From a virus (taxonomy: Duplodnaviria > Caudoviricetes): 64,000 bases of DNA. Below, piece by piece: positions 55,159 through 64,000 of this stretch. Under the pieces are notes generated by a model. The model was not told the origin of the DNA. It saw only the letters and a program-made list of their open reading frames with translations, and searched no databases. Where the stretch lies: positions 1 to 64,000 of IMG/VR virus record IMGVR_UViG_3300021431_000086; one strand, given 5' to 3'. Position 1 is the first letter of the stretch. Each line of letters opens with the position of its first letter. The position numbers and the translations under genes were made by a program.

Positions 55159-58100
55159 TTAAGCCGTTAAGTATTCTCCGTCACCTATATTAACTTTATT
55201 CCCGTTTACTTTCACATAAATAGTACCATTCTCTTCTTCAAATGTTGCTCCCACCATTTGGTTCTTCTTTGCCGCCCAGTTTGAAGCACCTTGGTAAGCT
55301 GATAAACTTGCCTCTGGGACATATATAGTACAATCCGAACGTACATATGATATGCTGGTTGAGCCACAAGAGGGAGGCGTTACTGCCTTAATAATAAAAT
55401 AGTTAAGAGAGGGGCAATCACGACCTATGGAATATTGATTGTTAATAGAGGTAATGCCTGTTCCGAGTACAATTTTCTCGCAAGCAGTTAAGTATCTAAG
55501 ACTATATGACCCAGTTGTCTGTAAACTATCAGGGAATTTAACTGATGTAAGGGATTCATAGTGTTGAAGAAGATAACTATAGCAAGATGTCATTCCTTCA
55601 GGAATCACCAAATCAAAAATTTCCTCTCCGTTCAAGTATAAGTGTTTAGATGTCGCTGTATTGCCAAATACACTTGAATTGCCACCATAGGATATTCTGC
55701 TCCACGCTCCTATATCACTAATATAAATATGTCTTATTGAAGTGCAGGATACAAAAGCCCTATCTCGTATGTGAGTAAGGCCCGTTCCCAGTGAAATGGA
55801 ATGAATATTTGAGCATCCACTAAAAGCTCCAACATTAATTTCTGTAACATTGTCGTGAAGCACGACATTTGTCAGCCCCAGACAGTTAACAAAACTTGCC
55901 TGATTAATACCGTTTTTTGTAGAAGGACATATAAACTCTGTTAGTTCTTCTCCTCCGACATATAAATGCTTTGCATATTGTAGAGGATTAGACCCGTTGG
56001 CTTCTCCACCCCAACTTATTTTTACCCAATCCTCAATGCTGGGAACATCAACTCTTTCCAACGACGTACACTGATAGAAAGCATACATAGTGACAAAGGT
56101 TAGTCCTGTGCCAAATTTAACACTTTTAAGTGAAGTACAAGATTGAAATGCGCCTTGCCCAATAGAACCAAGGCTATCGGGAATCTCTATCGCCTCTAAA
56201 GAAGAGCAACCCATGAAGGAATACCCCATCACTGTCAGACTTGGGGGTAGTTTTACAGATTTAAGATTTGTACATCCTCTAAATGTTGCTTCAGATGCAG
56301 TGGAACCCAGACTGGTAATATTTGTAAAATACTGTAACTCGTCAAAAGAGGTTACAAGGGTCTGGTAAGTTGTATCTTGTAGGGTTGCGAATCTGCCTGT
56401 TGGAGTCAATGCAGATTCTGCCAAAAATGCTCCAAGGAAGGTAGTAGATACCCAACTGTCATTCTCATCGTACTCATCGTAGCGAGAATACAGCTTCCCC
56501 TGTGCAATAAGTGTTTCTTCCTGAGCATCGGAATCCGCCAGTGAAGACGTGACAGTAATGTTCGTATCATCCGACTGGTACCTCTCCATGCAAATCTTGT
56601 GCATCACGGGGTCCTTAAATTTGATGTAATACAGTGAGACATTAAGGTTGAACCGGGCAAACATGTCTTGATTTTGGATATATCCCCAGTCAAGCCTTCC
56701 GCTCAGAGAGGGCAACCCTGAGAACAGGTTATACACATCTCCCTCTTCCGTATAGCCCACATATCCGTACAGGGCCGGAGTTTCTTCCAGAGAGGCGAAG
56801 AATGATGCCAGGACATCCATCTGCTGTACCGTAGCAGTAATGTCAAGTCCCAAGGCTGTGATGTAATAGACCAGTGTGCTGCCATTCTCCCTTGCTGCCA
56901 TGATATTGCCAAGCAGGTCCCAGAAGAGGTCAGTCACATTGACATTGGGACAGTCTGCAAGGTAGAATCTCTGAATATTGGTTGTACCCTCTGTGGTCAG
57001 GGTGGAAAGTCTGGGAAGTGTGTTCAGGTACAGGGACTGCAATGTGGCAGGCAGGGTCAGAGTCTCAATCCTTGAACCCTTGGCAAGATTGAGGGATGGA
57101 ATGGATGTGCCCGAAAGATATACCTCACGGATTCTGGGGCAAGTGCGTAAGTCAATATTCCGGTTAAGGCTGACTACATTCCTTGCGTCCACAGTAAGGA
57201 GGGAATAGCAGTTGGACAAGGTTATCTCCACAGCGTTGAAGGTAACTGTGCCTGATTCCTTGCCCACAGTAAGTGTCTGTAACCTATCTGACGACACGCT
57301 GAAAGTAATGCCCACAGAGGCATCCCCACCACGGTTGCCAAGAAGCATACCAGACAAGTCTCCGAGGTCCCTGAGATAATTCATCCCATGCAGATAGTTC
57401 GTGGTATCTCCACCCGTGGGGACAGTGACACTGACTGTCTCACCTGCCATGATTTTGGTGGCAGTGGCGGGGTAGTTAGCACTGGCCAGAGACACTACGG
57501 GGTAGTAATTGATGGCAGGAGTAAGGTTGAAGGTAAAGCTCTGTGCAAGTGTGAACTCTGCATTGCCAAACCCTCTGGTATCACCCGACATGCCAGTGAG
57601 GCGATACTTGGCATAGATATAGGCCAGTCGCTTTGTCACCCATTCCCTCTCACATTCGTACTGGTCTCCAAGAGCCTGTGTCAGGGGAGCCACATTATTA
57701 TAGGTAGCAGCAGCATCCTCAACCCAAGGTACTATATACTTAAACTCTCGGTCAAAGTTATATCCGTTTATTCCAAAGTATTGGGCAGACTGCTTCCAGA
57801 AATAGTAGTCTATAAGGTTGAACTCATGCTGCCAGGTGTTGCCTATGGCAATACCCAATGAAGCAGCCATGGCACTTATGGCCGCAGTCATCCTTGACAT
57901 CATGCTCTGAATCTCGGTCTGAAGGAACTCACGCACCAAAACCCACAGGGCACTGTTGCCTCCCTGGAATATCTCCACACCTGCTACCGTGTCCCCATGT
58001 TCTATGTCATAGGGCTTAGTCTGGTTGCCATTGTTATCCGTCTTAAAAAGGGTGTCCATGTCATCTTCTCTCCATGCCCAGAGACCCCCATTATCTGTTA

Positions 58101-61100
58101 GTTTATACTTGACAGGATAACTGTTCTTTGCAAAGTTATCTGAGACACCATACCTCACACAATAGCACCAGTGATACACCAGCCAGTCTTTGCTAAAGTG
58201 CCCATCACTCTCCACATTAGCGGCAAAGTTTGCTCCTCTCGCGGCAATGATTTCTGCCTGCGTGGGAGAACCTGTAAGACTAAGGTAGGTCTTTATGTTA
58301 TGGCTACAGCTGACATAGATGCCATTGGCGAAGCCGTATAGATTATAGGAGGAGTCATATACCTGTACAAGCTGGTTACTGATGGTGACAGTCCTTCCAT
58401 TTAGGACTATGGTGGAAGTTCCCTTACGGAAGTTCTCAATATCACTGTTCAAGGCCCCTATACTTGCATAGCCCGTACTGCCCAGAGGAACTACATAGGG
58501 AGAGTTGTAGAACACAAAGTCATAAGAGGGCTTCCACTCACTTGTTGCCAAGGCAAGGATAGCACTCTCATCTGAAGTCTCATCTGTGCCATAGTCACCT
58601 GCCACAGATACTTCCCAGCCCTGTTCTCCATTGAAGAGAATCTTCTCCTTGACAGCCTTCTCCCCGCTTGCACTGTATGTAACATTGCTACTCAGCCAAG
58701 GAGTGAGGAACCGCGTGCCCAAGGGAGCATGGTTAGGACCTTCAAGGCTAAGAAGGGAAGAATAGGCATCAGTGTCAAAGTCGAAGGTTCCCTTATCCCC
58801 CTTATCAGGGCCCACCGTGAACAGTCCGATGAAAGTGTAACTGCCGTCATTGCTGTTGTACTGGAAACCAAAGAAGGGATGCTGATAAATGGCAGCTCTT
58901 GCACTTGATGGGATAGTATTCTCGCTGAACAGTCCCAACTGTGCTGCCAAGTCATTGTAGAGGCCGCAGGCACCCATCTTATGTCCCTGCATGGAAGAAG
59001 CATAGTTGGTCTTGGCCACAATTTTCTGAACCTTCGGATGGTTGTTCTCTCCATCAAACCAACCAGTCCTTGTGGTGTCTGCCAGACCGCTTGCCTCTGA
59101 ATAGTGCCAGATACTCGCAGGAGTACCCTTTGAAGCATCTGCCTTGGCAAGTTTCCATCTGAGGTTCCAACGGTAGTACATCATAGAAGTTGTGCCCTGA
59201 CCGTCAATAGGAGCATCTGTAATATAGACATTCCACTCAGGATGCTTGGCATACTCAAAGCGAAGGTTTGACATGCCCGCACCTTGGTTAAGCACACTGG
59301 GCAGATTGCCGCTTGTCATTTCCACAACCATGGTATTGAATCCTGCCCTCTTAACAAGGTCATAGGAAACAGCCGTACCATCTACAATATCATTCTTGGC
59401 AGCAACCTCACTCCTTATAAACTCTGCCCCGTCTATCATGGCATTGAGATAGTTGTTCTTAACCTGGTCTCCTTCAAGTGCCTTGTTATAGGCTCTTGCC
59501 ATATAGAGATAGGTATCTGTAAAGTTCTGCCCAATTTCCAGTTCGCCATGTCCCCATGTTGCCCCACCGTCATAGGCGAATGTAATATTGTTTACACCAT
59601 TGATATATACAGTACACAGGTGGTGGGCGCCATCATTCTTACCTGCATAGTTGCGCTGCCACACAACAGTAAGATGGGTGATGGTATTCTCTTTATACTG
59701 AACCGTCTTTGACTGGTTGGCAGAGTTGGTTATCTCTATGGATGTCGGGTACACCTTCAGGCCCTCAGTCCCATTGGAAATGGAAAGTATGGGAGAGTCA
59801 TAGTCCGATGGGTAGCCACTCTGAAGCATCATCTCAAGTGTGTAGCCAGTCCATACTGAGTCTTCAAGGTTAGGTATGAGATATATGGGCACACTGACAT
59901 GGGTGCCAGCTGGAACTACAAGGGAATAGAACCCGCGAAGGTCTCTGTACCAGGCATCGCGCGTAAAGGTAAACCCTGTCCATGTCGCCTCATACTCATC
60001 TCCATTCACAATGTTGACGAAGTTTTCCCTGTTCTCTTCACTGTTGTCCCGAAGTCCCGGCCGCATATAGAACCATGCGTCTGGAGTAGCTATGTAGGCA
60101 TGAGAGTTGTCAACGGGAATTGTGGTCTCTTCTGTGTTGTCTGTTGCTTCTGCTGAGACATTTAGGCTCAGGCCACTTGAGGCTTCGCTATCATAGTCAA
60201 GTGAAAGGGTATAGGTATATTGTGTCTCTGCATTGGCCACGGTAAGCAACTGGTCAGTAATGATGCTTGTAGTCTTGCCTGCGTTTGCATCTGTAAGGGT
60301 AATATTAACAAGCACCGAGGTTGTGTTGTAGGTGGCATAGGAGAAGACAGGAGAAGTGGTGAAGTTCACAGCTGCCTCTGCCACATTGTTGATACATACA
60401 AGGGCCACACTGCCGACATCACTGGTCTCTATACACATGATATTGTAAGTATATCCAGAGAGAACCACATCATCACTACTCAACCATATATGGATAGCAT
60501 GAATCCCCGTGGTAAGGGGGAAGTCACTGCTGTCTATGGTCAGGGTAGTAGCAGTAGTGGTATAGGAAGTGTTGGAAGAATAGCTCTCAGTCACCACCTC
60601 CGTGCCATCGACGGCAATATGAACTGTTTTGGGAACATTGCCTGCAAAACGGATGTTGTTGATAACATAATCGCTACCCTGAATCCACGGAGTATTCCAT
60701 GTATGGGTAACTGTGAGGGAAAGGGAGGTGACAATGGCAGTATAGACATTAGTTTTCGTGGTGTTTGAAGTCTGACCAGTAACAGTTACCCTCACACGGT
60801 TGCTGCCTGTTGAAATAAAGGGACGGATGTCAAAAGTTGCCGTACCTCCATGTGCAAGTTCTCCCTCATATCTCTGGACATATCCATTGCCCGAATCTAT
60901 GGCAACAATATAATTGTAGTCTTCATTGACATCGGTATAGGTTTCCGAGCCTATCCTGCCTTCCTGTGTGGTGGCTGAAATGGTCATCAACCTTTCAGTT
61001 TCACTGGTAAGGACATAAAAACTGTTGCCGAGGTCATTGGTTATAGTGATTACATAAAGAGTGGAACTCAGGCTGATATTGAACAAGGGTGTAGTATCTC

Positions 61101-61308
61101 CCTCCTGCGCATAGAAGTTAAGCATCGTACCAGTAAACTCACCATAGCTGGGTTTAGTGGCAAGTCCTGACTGTAGGCTTGCAAGCCTTTCCTTAATATA
61201 TCTCTGTACACTCTCTCCACTGCAAGGCAGGTTATTGGTACTGGCGTCCCCTACAGCCCAATCCGTTTCCGCACTGGTTATTTCTCCATGAAAATAGTTC
61301 TTAGCCAT
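55159..61308 (-). CDS. Large tail/receptor-binding protein: Ig/LamG-like region, CotH-kinase-like region and BspA-type leucine-rich repeats
   Basis: SDNFAKNS and DDMDTLFKTDNNG motifs; many F.GC.SL..I.IP repeats; C-terminal IYVPEASLSAYQGASNW. Confidence 0.75.
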   Translation of the reverse strand: MAKNYFHGEITSAETDWAVGDASTNNLPCSGESVQRYIKERLASLQSGLATKPSYGEFTGTMLNFYAQEGDTTPLFNISLSSTLYVITITNDLGNSFYVLTSETERLMTISATTQEGRIGSETYTDVNEDYNYIVAIDSGNGYVQRYEGELAHGGTATFDIRPFISTGSNRVRVTVTGQTSNTTKTNVYTAIVTSLSLTVTHTWNTPWIQGSDYVINNIRFAGNVPKTVHIAVDGTEVVTESYSSNTSYTTTATTLTIDSSDFPLTTGIHAIHIWLSSDDVVLSGYTYNIMCIETSDVGSVALVCINNVAEAAVNFTTSPVFSYATYNTTSVLVNITLTDANAGKTTSIITDQLLTVANAETQYTYTLSLDYDSEASSGLSLNVSAEATDNTEETTIPVDNSHAYIATPDAWFYMRPGLRDNSEENRENFVNIVNGDEYEATWTGFTFTRDAWYRDLRGFYSLVVPAGTHVSVPIYLIPNLEDSVWTGYTLEMMLQSGYPSDYDSPILSISNGTEGLKVYPTSIEITNSANQSKTVQYKENTITHLTVVWQRNYAGKNDGAHHLCTVYINGVNNITFAYDGGATWGHGELEIGQNFTDTYLYMARAYNKALEGDQVKNNYLNAMIDGAEFIRSEVAAKNDIVDGTAVSYDLVKRAGFNTMVVEMTSGNLPSVLNQGAGMSNLRFEYAKHPEWNVYITDAPIDGQGTTSMMYYRWNLRWKLAKADASKGTPASIWHYSEASGLADTTRTGWFDGENNHPKVQKIVAKTNYASSMQGHKMGACGLYNDLAAQLGLFSENTIPSSARAAIYQHPFFGFQYNSNDGSYTFIGLFTVGPDKGDKGTFDFDTDAYSSLLSLEGPNHAPLGTRFLTPWLSSNVTYSASGEKAVKEKILFNGEQGWEVSVAGDYGTDETSDESAILALATSEWKPSYDFVFYNSPYVVPLGSTGYASIGALNSDIENFRKGTSTIVLNGRTVTISNQLVQVYDSSYNLYGFANGIYVSCSHNIKTYLSLTGSPTQAEIIAARGANFAANVESDGHFSKDWLVYHWCYCVRYGVSDNFAKNSYPVKYKLTDNGGLWAWREDDMDTLFKTDNNGNQTKPYDIEHGDTVAGVEIFQGGNSALWVLVREFLQTEIQSMMSRMTAAISAMAASLGIAIGNTWQHEFNLIDYYFWKQSAQYFGINGYNFDREFKYIVPWVEDAAATYNNVAPLTQALGDQYECEREWVTKRLAYIYAKYRLTGMSGDTRGFGNAEFTLAQSFTFNLTPAINYYPVVSLASANYPATATKIMAGETVSVTVPTGGDTTNYLHGMNYLRDLGDLSGMLLGNRGGDASVGITFSVSSDRLQTLTVGKESGTVTFNAVEITLSNCYSLLTVDARNVVSLNRNIDLRTCPRIREVYLSGTSIPSLNLAKGSRIETLTLPATLQSLYLNTLPRLSTLTTEGTTNIQRFYLADCPNVNVTDLFWDLLGNIMAARENGSTLVYYITALGLDITATVQQMDVLASFFASLEETPALYGYVGYTEEGDVYNLFSGLPSLSGRLDWGYIQNQDMFARFNLNVSLYYIKFKDPVMHKICMERYQSDDTNITVTSSLADSDAQEETLIAQGKLYSRYDEYDENDSWVSTTFLGAFLAESALTPTGRFATLQDTTYQTLVTSFDELQYFTNITSLGSTASEATFRGCTNLKSVKLPPSLTVMGYSFMGCSSLEAIEIPDSLGSIGQGAFQSCTSLKSVKFGTGLTFVTMYAFYQCTSLERVDVPSIEDWVKISWGGEANGSNPLQYAKHLYVGGEELTEFICPSTKNGINQASFVNCLGLTNVVLHDNVTEINVGAFSGCSNIHSISLGTGLTHIRDRAFVSCTSIRHIYISDIGAWSRISYGGNSSVFGNTATSKHLYLNGEEIFDLVIPEGMTSCYSYLLQHYESLTSVKFPDSLQTTGSYSLRYLTACEKIVLGTGITSINNQYSIGRDCPSLNYFIIKAVTPPSCGSTSISYVRSDCTIYVPEASLSAYQGASNWAAKKNQMVGATFEEENGTIYVKVNGNKVNIGDGEYLTA

Positions 61309-61319
61309 AGCCTTTAGTT

Positions 61320-61493
61320 TTATCCGTTGTTCCAACAATCATCGTTTGTCCAGGGAAAGTCATTACGCCACACCCCAGAAGCGTAGCAGCTGCGAATTTT
61401 CGACCATACAAGTTTGCCCAGGTGATAGACAAATGCCATCCCTTGTTTAAGGTGCTCAATCGCGCCTATTGCCTTATCTCCAATGTATATCAT
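61320..61493 (-). CDS. 57-aa conserved tail-region protein, not in the ORF track
   Basis: MIYIGDK...VYHLGKLVWSKIRSCYASGVWRNDFPWTNDDCWNNG*. Confidence 0.65.
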   Translation of the reverse strand: MIYIGDKAIGAIEHLKQGMAFVYHLGKLVWSKIRSCYASGVWRNDFPWTNDDCWNNG

Positions 61494-64000
61494 TACTCTT
61501 CCTCAATAAAATACCATGTTCCATTATTCTTCTCCGTGTCAGACAGGGCATCATACTGCGCCTCGGTAAGTTGCACAAATATGCTTCCCTCAAACTCTGC
61601 CAGCTTCACAAACTGGGTCCCGTCCCAAGCATAGTCAGCATAAGAGTTAGTGCCAGGAACCCTGTAAATCTTATTGGCAACACCCGTGGATGGGAGAGCA
61701 CCTATAATCACATCATTATGGATGGTGCTCACAAGGTTGTTGACCTCAGTCTTCGTGTATGTGCTGGTCTTGTCTGCCTTCTGTTCAAGGGCCTCATACA
61801 CACCTCCAGAAGTGACAGGGCGGGTGCTGTTGATTGTGGGGGCAGGGTCAAAAGTCAAGGCATCCTGCTTCCCACTGAACGTAGCGAAGTCCTCCTTAGT
61901 CAGCACACCTGTCTTGTTTGCCGAAGCATTAGGGATAGGCACTTCTGCCGTCTGCTCCGAAGCATCGACTGTCACTTTGTAGATGTTCGGTTCTACATCA
62001 ACGCTGACACTCTTTATGCCTCCCACCTCACTTGTGGATGCTGTCTTCAGGCTTATCGTAGAACCACTAATGCTTATACCATCACCTGCTGTAGGTGCAG
62101 GGGAATTAGTTTGTACATACTCCTTGACTCCTTGCCATGTGGGTATCTCCTTGGCAGCGGCACTTGATGTTGCGGAAGGAGCACCTTTGACACTCCCCAA
62201 TTGAACCACATCTACATCTGAGGTTCCTCCATTTGTTGCAATAGTGACCTTCTTGCCTTCTACAATGTTGTAAGTCTCGTTGTTGGAAACAGATGTGACA
62301 GACTGGGCACTCTTATCTGCCTTGCCACTTATGTCCTGAGCCGTCAGGTAAGTGTTATTGTCAACACTTCCATCTGCCTTTAGGAACTGGGAAGATGTGC
62401 CACCTGTTTTCTTGAATGAAGTGGCTTGAACTTGTGCAGGAAATGTGGCATTTTGAGAGGCATCAAAAGCATATATATGACCAGTCTTTGCCATAGTGGA
62501 AGGAGTTGCCCAACCTACTCCTCCGTATCCAAATATTTTATAGATATATAGTCCTGATGAACTACCAGAATAGCCTGTGCATCCGAATATAAATTGCCAC
62601 TCACCATATTGTGAGCCTTTAGTATTACCATAGGTAGCAGTCCCGACAATATTAATGACATTATATCCAGTCCAACCTGTGATAGGAACTTGGTCTGCTC
62701 GTGTAACCCATGTATCTACATTATTCTCATAGTTCTGCTGGGTTCTGCAACGAATAGTACAATAACAGCCAGTAGAACCATTTGTTCCGACAAAGATGAT
62801 AAACTTATTTAAGACGGTATATATTCCAGCGGCACTTGTGTGAAGTGTCACACGGAGCATATAATCGGTAGAGCTACCTCCTGCTGTTGAACTCTTCCCG
62901 ATGTAAAAGTTTCTACCAGAGGAGAACAATCCGACCTTCGCATCATCTGTGGCCTCATAGTCAAGCCAAGTTTCCCCACCATCAGTAGAATATGCGACAA
63001 CAATGCCTGCAGCTTTGGCGAACATAGTTCGGGGTGCCCCAAGCTCAGCAACTAAAGCAGCATCAATTGGGCCATAGTTCCCAGCAAAGTTTTTGCCTCC
63101 CCACGCAAGATACGCTTCATATTGTGTAAGCTCTGAAGCATTAGCTAAGTTACCATTACCAAGTACTACTTGGTTAGCATTCCCTCCACTCGTTATAAAC
63201 TTGGCAGCACTTACATGGTTACTATCATTAATAGTCACACCACTATTCTGTAAATTTCCAGATGTGCCATCATATCTCGCGATAGCATTGTCAGTAGATG
63301 TTGTTGGCTTGGTTGGAGCCTTTCCCTCTATGTATGCAGCAATAGCGGCACTATCTGCTATCTCTCCATTGCCACCTGGGTCTAACTCATCCCTAATGTC
63401 CGTTGGCTGTATGGCAGTAGAACCCTTGCTTGCACCACTGCGGATTTCATTCAAGTCGGATATGGTGTCTTGTTTGCCCGAAAGTTTAGTATTCAGGGCA
63501 TACCATGAGGGAGCCACATAGGGCCGTTGCGCTGTACCTGGTGCATAGGAGGTGACGACTGTGCCAATGGAAACATTGTCAACCTTGACATCAGTCTGTC
63601 CATTAGCAGGAGTGCCTTCGCTTGACTCTGTTGCATCTGAGTTGTACTTTTCAAGTTCTACCTTCCCTACCGCCTGTGCCTGGTTGACCCACACCCTTAT
63701 GGCACCTCCCTTGTAGTAAAACACAGGATGCTCCATGCGAAGCTCCACGGCAGTAGCACTATAGGCTATACCAAAATAGATGTATATCTTACCATCCTCA
63801 GTTGAGGGCAATGTCTGCACATAGGGAGTATCAGCATCTATGATTGCACTACCATCACTCTGTGGGGTACACTTGATATAGACAGGCGCCTTTGTTGTGA
63901 GGGCAAGGGCAGCACCAGTTCTGTTGAAAGAGTAGCCAAGAGTGATGGCATACTGTTGCCATATAGCAGTGGCAGTCACATCGGCATTGGCGGCAAATGC
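61493..64000 (-). CDS. Tail fibre protein (5' end lies outside the window)
   Basis: KQDTISDLNEIRSGA, SQFLKADGSVD, QDISGKADK, PVTSGGVY and LTEAQYDALS fibre motifs. Confidence 0.8.
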   Translation of the reverse strand, partial: AFAANADVTATAIWQQYAITLGYSFNRTGAALALTTKAPVYIKCTPQSDGSAIIDADTPYVQTLPSTEDGKIYIYFGIAYSATAVELRMEHPVFYYKGGAIRVWVNQAQAVGKVELEKYNSDATESSEGTPANGQTDVKVDNVSIGTVVTSYAPGTAQRPYVAPSWYALNTKLSGKQDTISDLNEIRSGASKGSTAIQPTDIRDELDPGGNGEIADSAAIAAYIEGKAPTKPTTSTDNAIARYDGTSGNLQNSGVTINDSNHVSAAKFITSGGNANQVVLGNGNLANASELTQYEAYLAWGGKNFAGNYGPIDAALVAELGAPRTMFAKAAGIVVAYSTDGGETWLDYEATDDAKVGLFSSGRNFYIGKSSTAGGSSTDYMLRVTLHTSAAGIYTVLNKFIIFVGTNGSTGCYCTIRCRTQQNYENNVDTWVTRADQVPITGWTGYNVINIVGTATYGNTKGSQYGEWQFIFGCTGYSGSSSGLYIYKIFGYGGVGWATPSTMAKTGHIYAFDASQNATFPAQVQATSFKKTGGTSSQFLKADGSVDNNTYLTAQDISGKADKSAQSVTSVSNNETYNIVEGKKVTIATNGGTSDVDVVQLGSVKGAPSATSSAAAKEIPTWQGVKEYVQTNSPAPTAGDGISISGSTISLKTASTSEVGGIKSVSVDVEPNIYKVTVDASEQTAEVPIPNASANKTGVLTKEDFATFSGKQDALTFDPAPTINSTRPVTSGGVYEALEQKADKTSTYTKTEVNNLVSTIHNDVIIGALPSTGVANKIYRVPGTNSYADYAWDGTQFVKLAEFEGSIFVQLTEAQYDALSDTEKNNGTWYFIEEE

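Noticed and set aside
55159-64000. Diversity-generating retroelement or invertible tail locus
   Set aside because: No reverse transcriptase, no TR/VR pair and no invertase or flanking inverted repeats are visible in the window.
1-64000. tRNA, rRNA, integrase or transposase genes
   Set aside because: None recognised by eye. A tRNAscan/HMM run would be needed to exclude divergent ones.

Overview
Part of a long-tailed temperate phage of a Bacteroidales, probably Prevotella-like, host. The host is inferred from TAnnTTTG -7 promoter boxes, A-rich leaders and typical gene families. It carries a complete plasmid-type replicon (Rep_3-like initiator, about 16 iterons around an AT-rich core, DnaC-like loader, ParA, an RHH partner and an 8-bp-period centromere array) and no integrase in view, so it looks like a phage-plasmid. 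Layout: regulatory/replication region (0.4-10.5 kb); a late operon with MazG, Mom-like DNA modification, amidase, terminase and a DUF2829/Tad2-like gene (10.6-19.2 kb); a 17-kb leftward array of about 40 small accessory genes including three radical SAM enzymes and a Dam-type methyltransferase (19.4-36.4 kb); portal, neck, tape measure, head protease, capsid and tail tube (36.7-53.9 kb); and a lower-GC leftward tail-fibre/LRR/lysis module (54-64 kb). The most interesting signals are non-coding: (1) a candidate sRNA whose terminator loop is antisense to an AGCTACAAC motif in the leaders of rep, the loader, parA and the regulator; (2) a phage-specific late promoter TTGCCCTTG-N20-TAtcTTG found 7 times; (3) a conserved GGAG(G/A)A-stop-ATG junction across the accessory array, in a phylum that normally avoids Shine-Dalgarno pairing; (4) a second, pseudoknotted candidate ncRNA; and (5) REP-like palindromes and 7/9-nt micro-repeats sitting in-frame inside phage proteins. 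All protein assignments come from recognising motifs by eye, not from database searches.
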